The notes under the pieces were generated by a model. The model did not search any database. It saw only the letters and a list, made by a program, of their open reading frames with translations, and was not told where the DNA came from. This document shows positions 1 through 11,003 of a DNA stretch of 64,000 nt, one piece after another (within the stretch, counting starts at the first letter, position 1; each line of letters starts with the position of its first letter). Origin of the DNA: an uncultured delta proteobacterium (GTDB lineage: Bacteria > Desulfobacterota > Desulfuromonadia > Desulfuromonadales > BM103). The position numbers and the translations under genes were made by a program. The stretch is from positions 1 to 64,000 of the forward strand of contig CAVQRZ010000026.1 of the NCBI GenBank assembly GCA_963715335.1, read 5' to 3'.

Positions 1-20
1 AAAAGGATAATACTGTGTTT

Positions 21-46
21 CGAGTGAGTGTAGCGAGCGGGCGCGA
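21..46 (+). repeat. 26-nt dispersed motif CGAGTGAGTGTAGCGAGCGGGCGCGA (copy 1 of 3)
   Basis: Aligns without gaps to 23288-23313 and 26461-26486. Confidence 0.7.
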
Positions 47-175
47 AATAGAAGTCCTTGAGGTTGCTTGATACATGAATACTAGGAAAAATCTTTATTG
101 CCTCAGATCAAATCTGAAAGATCGGATTTAGTAGTCAAAGTTAAACAGTTGATTACCTTTTAGAAAGCCCCATGC

Positions 176-682
176 ATGAAGCAGTGGCACGTTGTTCAGA
201 CCAAACACCGCCGGGAGAACGAGGCGGTCACCAACCTGGAACGCCAGGGTTTTGAGGTTTACCTGCCACTTATCCAGACCAGCAAACTTCGCCGCGGTAA
301 GTGGCAGCCAGTGATCGAACCCCTCTTTCCTCGCTATCTGTTCATCCTCGTTGATCCAGATGTTACCGATACCGCACCGATCCGTTCGACCCTGGGGGTC
401 ACCCATCTGGTCAAGTTCGGCCATGAGCTCGTGCCGCTCCCTGACAACTTTATTGACTACCTGAAGTCCATGGAAAATGAACACACCGGTTGTTATACCC
501 GAGAGCAAAGCACTTTCGAGAAAGGTGCACAGGTCAAGATTCTCGAAGGCCCTCTGGCTGGTTTCCATGGGGTTTACGAAGCCGAATCGAGCCAGGATCG
601 TGTGATCATCCTGCTGAACATCCTCGGCAGCGCTAAACGCTTCAATATCAAAAGCGATTTGGTCGCAAAAGCCACCACCTGA
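176..682 (+). CDS. rfaH: RfaH-type (NusG paralog) transcription antiterminator
   Basis: NGN motifs WHVVQTK, LERQGFEVYLP, EPLFPRYLFI, IRSTLGV; KOW motif VKILEGPLAG; ops site downstream. Confidence 0.88.
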   Translation: MKQWHVVQTKHRRENEAVTNLERQGFEVYLPLIQTSKLRRGKWQPVIEPLFPRYLFILVDPDVTDTAPIRSTLGVTHLVKFGHELVPLPDNFIDYLKSMENEHTGCYTREQSTFEKGAQVKILEGPLAGFHGVYEAESSQDRVIILLNILGSAKRFNIKSDLVAKATT

Positions 683-718
683 GCGTAATCTACATATTCA
701 CTAACCCATCTTTATTGT

Positions 719-748
719 TTGACTTTTTCTCTTCATTCCTTATAAAAT
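719..748 (+). promoter_or_regulatory. Putative sigma70 promoter of the polysaccharide operon
   Basis: TTGACT (719-724), 18-nt spacer, TAAAAT (743-748). Confidence 0.55.
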
Positions 749-753
749 GACCT

Positions 754-774
754 TGCGTTCAACCATTGAACGCA
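754..774. promoter_or_regulatory. Palindromic operator candidate TGCGTTCAA-CCA-TTGAACGCA
   Basis: Perfect 9-bp inverted repeat with 3-bp spacer overlapping the predicted transcription start, upstream of a MarR-type gene. Confidence 0.6.
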
Positions 775-813
775 CTCAGCCTCAAACACATTCAAATTAT
801 TTTTCTAAAAGTC

Positions 814-850
814 ACTGTGCAGACACATGACACGGTATGGCGGTAGCGTC
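814..850 (+). promoter_or_regulatory. JUMPstart-like hairpin plus ops element (GGCGGTAGCGTC at 839-850)
   Basis: Matches ops consensus GGCGGTAGnnTG at all but the last base; preceded by ACTGTG...CACGGT hairpin; lies between rfaH and a long polysaccharide operon. Confidence 0.8.
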
Positions 851-859
851 TCAAAAAAC

Positions 860-967
860 CGAAACCCGAAACGCGGGACGCGGGACGCGAATCAAAGCAA
901 AGAAGGTTTCTTTTTTTTTTGTTTTAAAATAGCTACTTCGCGTTCCTCGTCCCGCGTACTCGTCCCG
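860..967 (+). repeat. Tandem-heptamer inverted-arm element (CGGGACG / CGTCCCG)
   Basis: Left cgaaacc cgaaacg cgggacg cgggacg cgaa (860-891); right ttcg cgttcct cgtcccg cgtact cgtcccg (937-967). Confidence 0.85.
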
Positions 968-973
968 AATACC

Positions 974-1345
974 ATGACCGACGATTTCTCCTATAAAGTA
1001 ATCAAGTTAATCGAACAGGATCCCGAGATCTCCCAACGGGAATTGTCCCGAGAGCTTGGCGTGAGCCTGGGCAAGGTCAACTATTGTCTGCGGGCATTGA
1101 TCGACAAGGGTTGGGTCAAGGCACGCAACTTCCGCAACAGCTCCAACAAGCTTGCTTATCGCTACATCCTCACTCCCAACGGTTTACAGCAGAAAACTGT
1201 TGTGGCGACGAACTTCCTCAAGCGCAAACTCGCTGAGTATGAAAGTCTGCAGCAGGAGATCGAGCTTTTACGTCGCGATGTGGATGGGATGGTGAAGGGC
1301 AGTTACGCGGAACGCGGGACGCAGGACGGGAAGATCAATCTTTAA
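974..1345 (+). CDS. EPS-associated MarR-family transcriptional regulator
   Basis: ISQRELSRELGVSLGKVNYCLRALIDKGWVKARNF...YRYILTPNG; start moved from 827 to ATG 974 because the upstream part is ops plus repeat. Confidence 0.88.
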   Translation: MTDDFSYKVIKLIEQDPEISQRELSRELGVSLGKVNYCLRALIDKGWVKARNFRNSSNKLAYRYILTPNGLQQKTVVATNFLKRKLAEYESLQQEIELLRRDVDGMVKGSYAERGTQDGKINL

Positions 1346-1433
1346 CCAGTGAAAAGTTAAACGTAAAACGTGAAAAGTCACAGTATCTTGTGCCTTTATC
1401 TTTTTGCCTTTCACGTTTTACTTTTCACTTTTT
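1301..1433 (+). repeat. Heptamer arm in marR 3' end plus GTGAAAA/TTTTCAC inverted-arm element
   Basis: agttacg cggaacg cgggacg caggacg (1301-1328); gtgaaaa gttaaac gtaaaac gtgaaaa (1349-1376) versus ctttcac gttttac ttttcac (1408-1428). Confidence 0.8.
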
Positions 1434-1457
1434 CCACCCTAACGAGTCATTACTCCT

Positions 1458-2412
1458 ATGAAAAAAGCACTTATCTGCGGCATTTCCGGCCAGGACGGCG
1501 CATACCTCTCAAAGCTTCTCCTTGATAAAGGGTACGAAGTCTGGGGGACATCGCGGGATGCACAGCTCTCCGCTTTTGCCAATCTGAAAAGGCTTGGGAT
1601 CCATGACCAGGTGCAGTTGGTTTCCATGAGTCTGAATGATTTCCGCAGCACCCTGCAGGTACTTAAACAGGTGCAACCGGACGAGATTTACAATCTGGCG
1701 GGGCAAAGTTCGGTGGGGCTCTCCTTTGAACAGCCGGTGGAGACTCTCGAGAGCATCAGTGTCGGTTCCCTGAACCTGCTTGAGGCGATCCGTTTCCTCG
1801 AGTTGCCCGTACGGCTCTACAATGCCGGATCCGGAGAATGTTTCGGCAATACCAATGGCGTCGCTGCTGACGAGAACACCCCGTTCCGTCCGCGTAGCCC
1901 CTACGCCGTTGCCAAGGCTGCAGCATTCTGGGAGGTCGCCAACTACAGGGAAGCATACGGTCTCCACGCCTGCTCCGGGATTCTTTTCAATCATGAGTCT
2001 CCGTTGCGCCCAGAGCGCTTTGTTACCAGCAAGATCATTGCCGCAGCTTGTCGGATTGCCAACGGCAGCGGTGAAACCCTGGCCTTGGGTAATATTGACG
2101 TTGAGCGTGACTGGGGTTGGGCTCCTGAATATGTAGATGCCATGTGGCGGATGTTGCAGCAGGATGAGCCGGATGATTTTGTTATTGCGACCGGTGAGAC
2201 GCATTCCCTGAAAGAATTTGTTGCCGCAGCGTTTGAAGATGTTGGGTTGAATTGGCAGGACCATGTTTCTGTTGACCCGTCTCTCTATCGCCCCTCCGAT
2301 ATCATGACGATCAGTGCGAACCCTGCGAAAGCTAGCGTCTGTGCTTGGTTGGGAGGCACAGAAGAAGATGGGGGATGTGGTCAGAGAAATGATCAATGCC
2401 ATGGATCAATAA
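1458..2412 (+). CDS. GDP-mannose 4,6-dehydratase-family SDR (frameshift near 2335)
   Basis: GISGQDG, YNLAGQSSV, YAVAK, LFNHESPLR, RDWG; C-terminal LGWEAQ..DVVREM lies in +1 frame ending at 2412. Confidence 0.8.
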
Positions 2413-2482
2413 ACTGACCTAGTCTGTTGAGAGTTTTTATGATTAACCAATCACAGATCACTAATCACGAGTCACCTCATTT

Positions 2483-3334
2483 ATGAATGATCTCCACGAA
2501 GAATACTTCGGTTATCAACACAAGACGGTGATCGCTCCTCCAAAGGGTTGGCTGTCGCTGGATCTTAAAGAGGTGTGGGGCTACCGTGAGCTTCTCTCCC
2601 TGTTGGTTTGGCGCGATGTGGTCGTTCGCTACAAACAGAGTGCCGTTGGTATCGGTTGGGCAGTTATTCAACCCTTCATGATGATGATCATCTTCAGTGT
2701 CGTTTTCGGCAAATTCGCCAAACTGCCTTCTGAGGGTATTCCTTACCCCATTTTTACTTACTGTGCATTGCTTCCCTGGAATTACTTCGCTCGATCACTC
2801 GGAGATTCCAGTAATAGTCTGGTGGGGTCATCTCATCTGGTCACAAAGGTTTATTTCCCTCGCCTGATCCTGCCGCTTAGCAAAGTCTTCGCCGGTCTTG
2901 TTGATTTCGCCATCGCCTTCGTTATCCTCATTGCGATGATGTTCTGGTATGGCGTTGCGCCTACATGGGGTGTGCTCCTGCTTCCTGTCTTTATGGCTAT
3001 GGCAATGTTCACTTCCATGGCAGTCGGCCTGTGGTTGACGGCCCTCAACGTCAAGTACCGCGATGTTGTTTTCGTTGTTCCTTTCCTCACCCAATTCTGG
3101 ATGTATGCTTCACCGGTTGCTTATTCCATGACCATCGTCCCGGAAAAATGGCAATGGATCTACGGTTTAAACCCGATGGTGGGAGTTGTGGAAGGGTTCC
3201 GCTGGGCATTGCTCGGTAAAGCCGCTCCGAACTTCGAGCCAATGATTGCTTCCCTGGTCATTGTCTGCGTGCTTTTCGTTTCTGGGCTCTATTATTTCAA
3301 GAGGATGGAAAGAACCTTCGCTGACATCATTTGA
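2483..3334 (+). CDS. wzm: ABC-2 polysaccharide export permease
   Basis: RDVVVRYKQSAVGIGWAVIQP, KVYFPR, LNPM..VVEGFRWALLG. Confidence 0.92.
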   Translation: MNDLHEEYFGYQHKTVIAPPKGWLSLDLKEVWGYRELLSLLVWRDVVVRYKQSAVGIGWAVIQPFMMMIIFSVVFGKFAKLPSEGIPYPIFTYCALLPWNYFARSLGDSSNSLVGSSHLVTKVYFPRLILPLSKVFAGLVDFAIAFVILIAMMFWYGVAPTWGVLLLPVFMAMAMFTSMAVGLWLTALNVKYRDVVFVVPFLTQFWMYASPVAYSMTIVPEKWQWIYGLNPMVGVVEGFRWALLGKAAPNFEPMIASLVIVCVLFVSGLYYFKRMERTFADII

Positions 3335-3380
3335 TGTTAATGTATTGTTACTGATAACAGTTCACGGATCACGGTTTACG

Positions 3381-4646
3381 ATGTGTAAGACCAATAATCA
3401 AAGTCGAAAATCTCTCCAAAAAATATACTCTTGGGCATGTGCACACAGACTTGCTTAGTGAACGATTGGGTCGTTTTTTCCAGAGAGGAGGGGGTGTATC
3501 AAGCAAGGAGGCGCGCCAGGAGTTTTGGGCGTTGAAGGACATCAATTTTGAGGTGCAGCAAGGTGATGTTGTCGGCATTATCGGCAGGAATGGGGCAGGT
3601 AAGTCGACATTGTTGAAGATACTCTCTAGAATCACTTCTCCCACAGAAGGGCAGATTGAGATGTATGGTCGTGTCGCGAGTTTGCTTGAGGTTGGAACGG
3701 GATTCCATCCAGAGCTGACCGGGAGGGAAAATATATTTCTTAATGGCGCCATCTTGGGAATGAGTAAGTCAGAGGTGCGCAGAAAAGTTTGATGAGATTG
3801 TAGCTTTTGCGGAGGTTGAAAAATTTATTGATACCCCGGTAAAACGGTATTCGTCAGGAATGTATGTTCGCTTGGCTTTTTCCGTTGCTGCACACCTGGA
3901 GCCTGAGATCCTCTTGGTGGATGAAGTTTTAGCTGTCGGTGATGCTGCTTTTCAAAAGAAGTGCTTAGGTAAGATGGAGGATGTTGCACAGGCCGGTCGG
4001 ACGGTGTTTTTTGTCAGCCATAACATGGCAAGCATCAAAAAACTGTGTTCCAAGGTGATCTTTTTGAAGGATGGTCGGTTTATTTCGGAAGGCATCGCGA
4101 ATGATGTTGTCGGGCAATATCTGAATGAGAACTTTGCCAATGTTTCTGGAACGGTCCTCCCAGACGATATGCACCGCGTGAACTCAGCTTTTCAGATCAG
4201 GTATGTTGAATTTATAAATTCAATTGGTCAAGAGGTCTCCGCCTTTGAGTATGGTGAGGAGATAACAATTCGCCTTGTTGTGAAAGTCAGTGAGCCCGTT
4301 AGAGATGTGAAGGTTGGCGTGGGGTTGGTCGCGGAAGGAATTCGTATTTTTACCTTACACACTCCCTCAATCGAATCAATTAATCAATCAGAAGCCTTTT
4401 CCTGTGACTTGTCGTATTCCGAAAGATGTCCTTTTGCCAAGTTTTCATACGGTGCAACTTGGCGCACACGTTGCTGGGACTGGGCGCGGTCTCGACTGGG
4501 TACCTGATGCCGCTGTATTCCAGGTTATGGACGTTACGACCCGTAACGACAAAGCCATTGACGAAAAAGAATTGGGCCTTGTTCGAATCGTTCCTGAATG
4601 GGAATGGTTGGAACGGATTGAGAATAGAAAGGTTGATAGCCAGTAA
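3381..4646 (+). CDS. wzt: Polysaccharide ABC transporter ATPase with C-terminal Wzt_C-like domain (frameshifts near 3390, 3785, 4400)
   Basis: GRNGAGKST, YSSGMYVRLAF, ILLVDEVLAVGD, VSH across ORF fragments 3439-3792, 3860-4507, 4314-4646. Confidence 0.88.
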
Positions 4647-5658
4647 TGGAAAAAGTTTTTGCAGTTATTACGACAATACAAAAGCCGACGATTTCGGTAG
4701 AGAAATTGTTGAGCTTCCTTGCACCTCACAACATTCAACTGATTGTTGCTGGTGATCGTAAAGGCCCTGACAGCTTCGAAGGGGGACAACGTCAATTTCC
4801 TTTCAATCGATCAGCAGGCAAAGTCAGGTTTCAGCTTGCAACGCTCCTTCCGGAAAATCACTATGTACGAAAGAACCTTGGATATTTAAATGCTATTGCG
4901 CAAGTCGCAACATGTATTTATGAAACGGATGACGACAATGCACCGAATGAGAATTGGAATTTACGTGACTTACAGACGAATGCCAGGAAGGTTGTTCAGG
5001 ATGGCGGATAAATGTCTACAGGTATTTTACAAAAGATAAAATTTGGCCGCGAGGTTTTCCCTAGATGGATGGGAAAATCTTTTGTTGGCGGCGGCAGAAT
5101 TGGCAACGGAGGAATCAGATGTTATCGCTCCAATACAACAAGGTCTAGCCAATAACTCACCCGATGTAGATGCTATTTGGAGATTAGTTTTAGACAGGAA
5201 GTTCGATTTTGATAACGGTCCGAGTGTTTATCTCGATAAAGGGGCTTGGTGTCCATTCAACAGTCAAAGTACCTGGTGGTGGCCCGAAAGCTTATCCGTT
5301 GCTATATCTGCCCAGTTATTGCTCCTTCCGCATGACGGATATATGGCGTAGCTTCGTTGCCCAGCGTTGTCTTTTTGGGAACTTGACAAGGGGATCGTTT
5401 TCCATGCGCCGGAAGTTGTGCAGGATCGTAATAAACACGATCTGATAAGTGTAATTTTAATGGTGTAGATATACGGTTATAAAAATAATCGTTGACTGGT
5501 GGAATTTATTGAAGGTCTATCGCTTACGTCGGGACTGATGCGGTTTACACTAATTTATTGAAATGCTACGAAGCTTTAGTCGAAAAAGACTTTTTCCCAG
5601 CTAACGAGTTAAATCTGCGTTCAACTTATGGCTGGAGGACATAGAAAGAATTAGCTGA
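4646..5658 (+). CDS. STELLO/DUF288-like putative glycosyltransferase (multiple frameshifts)
   Basis: VITTI, GDRKGP, RKNLGYL, YETDDDN, QQGLANNSPDVDAIWRL, PFNSQST, FRMTDIWRS in consecutive fragments. Confidence 0.7.
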
Positions 5659-5756
5659 AGCGTACCGAGGAAAGCAAAGTTTTTAGAGAATTGCCTTTTC
5701 GGTAATTTTACGATCCTTTAGCTTTTTACAATCCCACCACACCAATACACTAATCT

Positions 5757-6646
5757 ATGAAGTCCTTATCAAATTTTCCACTCGTGTCCATTATCATCCC
5801 CAGCTATAACCAAGGACGATTCATTCGTAAAACGATAGAATCAGTTCTTACTCAGGACTACCGACCTATAGAGATCATCATTATTGACGGTGCTTCAACT
5901 GATGAAACAATTGATTGCTGCACGAGTTTGACGACATCCCTGAATTGACATGGATATCTGAACCAGACAACGGAGTGGTCGAAGCGGTCAATAAAGGTTT
6001 TGCGCGTGCCAAAGGTAAGGTAGGCGCGATACAGAGCTCTGATGATTACTATCTCCCCGGAGCGGTTAGTACGGGTGTTGAAGCCCTGATGAGGGATGCT
6101 TCTCTTGGTTTTGTCTTTGGAGACATTGTGAACGTTGATATACATGGTACCGAGCTGACGCGGACCAACCTGCAGCCGTTTACTCTCGAGGCGGTTCTCT
6201 CCCTGCAAACATGGATACCCCAACCGTCCACATTTTTTCGCTTAGGCTTGGCAAACAAACTCGGTGGTTGGCGAGAAGAGGTCCCCTTTGCTGCCGACAC
6301 GGATTTGTGGTTACGCATGGCTCTTGTGTCATCTGCCAGGAAGCTCGATAGACTCTTAGCCTGTAGGACGATGCATGAAGATCAACGTGACAATCAGGGG
6401 GAGAAGATTGTCCGCGACTTTAGCCAGATGATAGATGACCTCGGCATTGAATCAGAACTTGACTCTGCAGCAGAGGCTGGCAAGCTACTTTTGGCCAATC
6501 GATATTTGTCTAGTGAGGGTTACTGGGTATGCCACCGTCGGCTAAAAAGAGCAATTAATATTTATCCTCCACTCAGGAAGCGCGTACCATTTTCTGCCCT
6601 TGTCCCTGGTTGGTATCCTCTGTATGGGTGGATGGTGAAACACTAA
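5757..6646 (+). CDS. GT2 glycosyltransferase (frameshift near 5918)
   Basis: [36 protein letters not shown]. Confidence 0.8.
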
Positions 6647-6671
6647 AAATCCGTGGTGCAGGCACTCGACA

Positions 6672-7696
6672 GTGAGCGAGAAGAAATCATATACCTTTAA
6701 GCAGTATGTTGGTGCGCTTCTGTGCGACCTGCCTTATTATCTGGCGACTTTTCTGCAGAGCAACGGCTGGGTTTCAGCAAGAAATCGGAATGACCGGCTC
6801 GAATGGGATAGCAATGGAGTCGCGGTTAAGCTTGTCGATGATGGAGCAGTGATCTACATGCTTGTTTGTGCACGTTTTCCCCGACCTCGGTCTGGTACCT
6901 CCTGCAAAAAGCATTTCAATGCTGGCCGATTGCTGGAAAAACAGACGTCGGTTCGACTGATAATCCTGCCATTTCTTTCATCCATTCCTTTTCGCGGTCC
7001 TGAACGGCTACCTCTACTCAGAGCAGTAATCGAGAGTATTCACTCCCAGTTGGATGCGGACGTTGAGTGCCTGATCATAGAGCAGTCACCGAGACGGGAA
7101 CTGAATACATCCCCACGGCGCACATTACCTTCATTTACCACATTCTTGCGATGATCGATGGCGTAAAAGTTGGGCAAATAATGTCGGTGTCCGTAATGCC
7201 AAGTCAGATGTGATTTGTCTTTCACGATGCTGACATTCTGGTCCCATCTGCGTATGCACGGGAGGTGCTAAACAAGATTGCAGAAGGTTACGATGTTGTA
7301 CACCCACAACGTTTTTTATTTTGTCTGAATCAAGAAGCAACACAGAATTATTTGTCTGATCAAGGGTGGCAGGATATTGCTCCTGAGCGTGTTAGACAAA
7401 ACTGGCAAGGTGGAACTTTGGCAATAAGGAAAGAGTCTTTTAACCAACTTCGGGGGCTACGATGAAAGCTTTGTCGACTGGGGTGGAGAGGACAATGAAT
7501 TCTATGATCGTTACTGACGTTGAACGGCTGGCGGTATGGCTATCTGCCTTTTATACATCTGTGGCACGAACCTCAAAAGACGAAGGCCGACGATACCAGA
7601 AAACAGAATCTTGCTAGGTTAAGACGCAAGCTCTCGATCCCTTCTGAACAAAGGATTAATCAATTATTGGCGATGAAGGAGAAGAAAAGTTGGTAG
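6672..7696 (+). CDS. Glycosyltransferase with galactosyltransferase-like C-terminus (multiple frameshifts)
   Basis: IPFRG, IIEQS, FHDADI, GYDESFVDWGGEDNEF, HLWH motifs across frames. Confidence 0.6.
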
Positions 7697-8694
7697 AAGG
7701 TCTCGTTTCGACAATCATCCCGGTATATAACCGCCCACAAATGCTGCTGCAGTCGGTGGAGTCAGTGCTTGCACAAAACCTATAGACCGATAGAAATTAT
7801 CATCTGTCAGATGATCGCTCGACTGACGAGACGCCACAGGTTGCTCAGAAGCTCTGTTCCAAGCATCCAGAGATCGTTTACATCGGCAATGAGAACGAGG
7901 GACCGGGCCCTGCTCGAGAGGCAGGACGGTTAGTTGCAAAAGGCGAATTTATACAGTACCTGGATAGTGATGACCTTTTGTTGCCACAGAAATTCGCGAT
8001 CCAGGTTGAGTCACTTAAAACGCACCCGGAATGCGGCGTTTCTTATGGTAAAACCAGACTTGTCGATATGAGTGGTAAAGTTCTGGCTGATCCTTTCAAG
8101 TGGACAGCTAAAAAGGCCTCGTCACTCTTCCCGCAGTTGTTGGTCGATCGCTGGTGGTGTACTCATACACCTCTTTACAGAAGGTCTGTTTGTGATGTCA
8201 TCGGGCCATGGACCGATCTGCGATATTCGCAGGATTGGGAATATGATGGCCGGGTTGGCGCACTGGGAACTAAGCTGGTCTGGTGTGACGAAACAGTCAG
8301 TGAGCACCGAACCCATGAGTGTTTTCGGCAGACCGGGAATGGGACATGGTTAGTACCGCATGACCGGGTGCGGTTTTTTAGCCTGCTTTACCAGCATGCA
8401 CGTACAGCAGGGATAGAGATTGATGCTCCGGAGATGAAACATTTCGCACGCTGGGTTTTTCTCAATGTTCGACAATGTGGAAAACTGGACGATGGCCAGG
8501 CCGCCCGGCAATTGTTCGAGTTGGCAGTGCGTGCCAATAATGGTGCCTCTCTAGATATGCATGGTTACGCTCTGTTAGCCTGTCTGTTGGGATGGGAGAG
8601 GTCCGCGCACATGACCGAATGGTTACACGGTTGTTTGAAAAAGACACCAGGGAAACTCACACAAAAGCAATCTTGGATGGGATCCGATGATTAG
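7690..8694 (+). CDS. GT2 glycosyltransferase (frameshifts near 7790-7820)
   Basis: TTG start after AAGGAG, VSTIIPVYNR, GPGPARE, QYLDSDD, QDWEYD. Confidence 0.72.
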
Positions 8695-9613
8695 TGTGCC
8701 TGAAGTCTCCGTGGTCATGAGTGTCTACAACGGCGCTTCACATTTACGGGCGTCGATCGATAGCATTCTACAGCAGGACGGCGTCGATTTCGAGTTCATC
8801 ATTGTAGATGACGGCTCGACCGATGAGTCGCCGTCGATTCTCGACGAATACGCGAACAGAGACGCTCGTATCCGCCTTTTTCATCAAGAGAACCGGGGGT
8901 TGACTAGGGCACTGATACGTGGATGTGCCGAAGCGAGTGGGGAATTTATTGCGCGCCAAGATGTGGGTGATATCTCATTGCCTGGACGGCTGGAGCGACA
9001 GGTGGCTCTTGTTCGCAAAAACCCGCTGGCGGTGCTGATCTCCTGTGCGACCAGAATGACTGGCCCTCGAGGTGAATTTCTTGAAATTGTTGTCCAGGAT
9101 CCATCCCAGGCAACGGATAGTCTGCAAACACTTGACATTAAAAAACTTCGTGGGCCCTCTCATCACGGCGCGACGCTATTTCGTCGTGCCGACTACCAAT
9201 CTGTGGGTGGCTATCGTCCGCAGTTCCGCATGGCTCAGGATATTGACTTGTGGGTGCGCCTGTGTGAGAGAGGAGCTCATCTCCCCAGCGCTGATGTTGA
9301 TTACGAGGCGGAATATAGTCTTGTGGGGATCTCTTCGGGTCGTTGGCAGCAACAGCTCAAGATTGGAGCTCTGATTTTAGAGAGTGCTCGCCTGCGGCGC
9401 CTCGGTCAAACCGATACAGAGGTGTTAACCAATGCGGAAAAAATATCCTCGCTGAAACACTCATCGGATTCAAAAGAACGTGCTGCAGCAGCCTATTTCA
9501 TAGGATGTTGTCTTGCCAAAAACAAGCGCGGACAAGGCGCTGCCTATTTCAAACGGGCACTGCATGACAATCCCTTGCATCTAAAAGCCCTGCTGAGTCT
9601 TCTTCTGAAATAA
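8687..9613 (+). CDS. GT2 glycosyltransferase
   Basis: VSVVMSVYNG, IVDDGSTD, ENRGL, AQDIDLWVR. Confidence 0.88.
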   Translation: MISVPEVSVVMSVYNGASHLRASIDSILQQDGVDFEFIIVDDGSTDESPSILDEYANRDARIRLFHQENRGLTRALIRGCAEASGEFIARQDVGDISLPGRLERQVALVRKNPLAVLISCATRMTGPRGEFLEIVVQDPSQATDSLQTLDIKKLRGPSHHGATLFRRADYQSVGGYRPQFRMAQDIDLWVRLCERGAHLPSADVDYEAEYSLVGISSGRWQQQLKIGALILESARLRRLGQTDTEVLTNAEKISSLKHSSDSKERAAAAYFIGCCLAKNKRGQGAAYFKRALHDNPLHLKALLSLLLK

Positions 9614-9619
9614 TTATTC

Positions 9620-10424
9620 ATGATTCCACCTGTCTATAATCCAAATTGGCCTGAAGAGATCAAAGCGCTTTACAAACATGATATGGAGCAGACCTGGGAC
9701 TTCTCTTTGGCACCACACCAATACAATGAATATCGTTATTTATGGATATTGTCATGAGGGCTGCAGAAGTCCGGCAAAGGCTGAAAATACTTGATGTCGG
9801 TTGCGCCCAGGCAACACTAGCGCTGTTATTGGCAGAGCAGGGTCATCAGGTTGCGGCCCTCGATATTCGACAGGGATTTTCTTGACTATGCTGCCACGCG
9901 ATACGAACACGGGGAAATCAACTTTATTTGTGGGGATGTATTCGATGTCGAGATTGATGAAGATTTCGATCTCGTATATGCCAATCAGATTGTTGAGCAT
10001 ATTCTATACCCGGTTAAGCTGGTGAGCCGTTTGCATGACGTCTGGTAAACGGTGGGAAACTAGGTAATGACAACACCAAATAACCTTTACATCAAAAATA
10101 ATCTTCCAACATTTTCAGCACTGCAACCTGTCAGCGATTACCAACACCTTCAAAACAGTGCGGACGGAGATGGCCATTTTTTTGCTTATCGCCCCATTGA
10201 GATGAAAAATGTCTTCGAAGAGGCGGGATTGGTTGATGTTGATATCAAATGTCTGGATACCCCATGGGTGTCTGGGCATCTCAAATTTAGATATCTTCAT
10301 AGATGGACGCCCTATGAACTCTTTGAAAAGAATGGATCAGGTGATGCGAATAATTCCATATTTTGCAGATAAGTTAGGTTTTCAGATTCTTGCAATCCGG
10401 AAGGCGGCCGATTTGAAACCATGA
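9620..10424 (+). CDS. Class I SAM-dependent methyltransferase (multiple frameshifts)
   Basis: KILDVGCA, FDLVYANQIVEH, MTTPN motifs in successive frames. Confidence 0.7.
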
Positions 10425-11003
10425 GTTTTCTATTCTGTCGAGCATGCGATAACGAATGTAAGGATTGCTATGGCAAGGTTAAGAGCCTGTTTGCTTCGTG
10501 TCCGAGGTGCGAGTCTCGCTCAAAGGTCTTTATCGGCCAGCGTAGTCGTTTCGACCGGCCATGGGGAATCAGCTTCGGTACCCGGGTCATGATTGAAGGT
10601 GATGTCTATTTCAAGCTAGTCCATGACGATGCAAAGCTCAAACTTTCAGATTATGTTTTTGTTGGCAAGGGATGTGAGCTTGATGTGCAAGAAAGCGTCA
10701 TTATCGGTCCACATACTTTACTTGCCCCTGGCTGCTTTATTACAGATCATAATCATGGCACCGATCCCGACAAACGAGTCGACCAACAACCGTGCAAAGC
10801 AGATCCGGTGGTTATTGGTCAGGACGTCTGGCTGGGTACCGGTGTAGTTGTCCTCCCGGGGGTTACAATTGGCGATAGTGCTGTTGTGGGTGCGCATGCA
10901 GTGGTCAGCAAAGATATTCCGTCGGGAGCGATCGTCAGTCGGTGTCCCAGCCAAGGTCGATCGGTTGGAGGGCCGGAAAGGTGATACGCTCAGTGAAAGT
11001 TGA
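10421..11003 (+). CDS. Hexapeptide-repeat O-acyltransferase (probable frameshifts at both ends)
   Basis: ITDHNHG, PVVIGQDVWLGTGVVVLPGVTIGDSAVVGAHAVVSKD; GVPAK in shifted frame. Confidence 0.78.

Noticed and set aside
827..973. 49-aa N-terminal extension of the MarR ORF
   Set aside because: It is the ops site and repeat hairpin read through by chance; homology-like sequence begins at ATG 974.
10421..10525. Apparent zinc finger (CRAC..CKDC..CPRC) on the acyltransferase
   Set aside because: The adjacent frame reads VEHAITNVRIAMARLRACLLRVRGA, a typical N-terminus, so compensating frameshifts probably create the Cys pattern.
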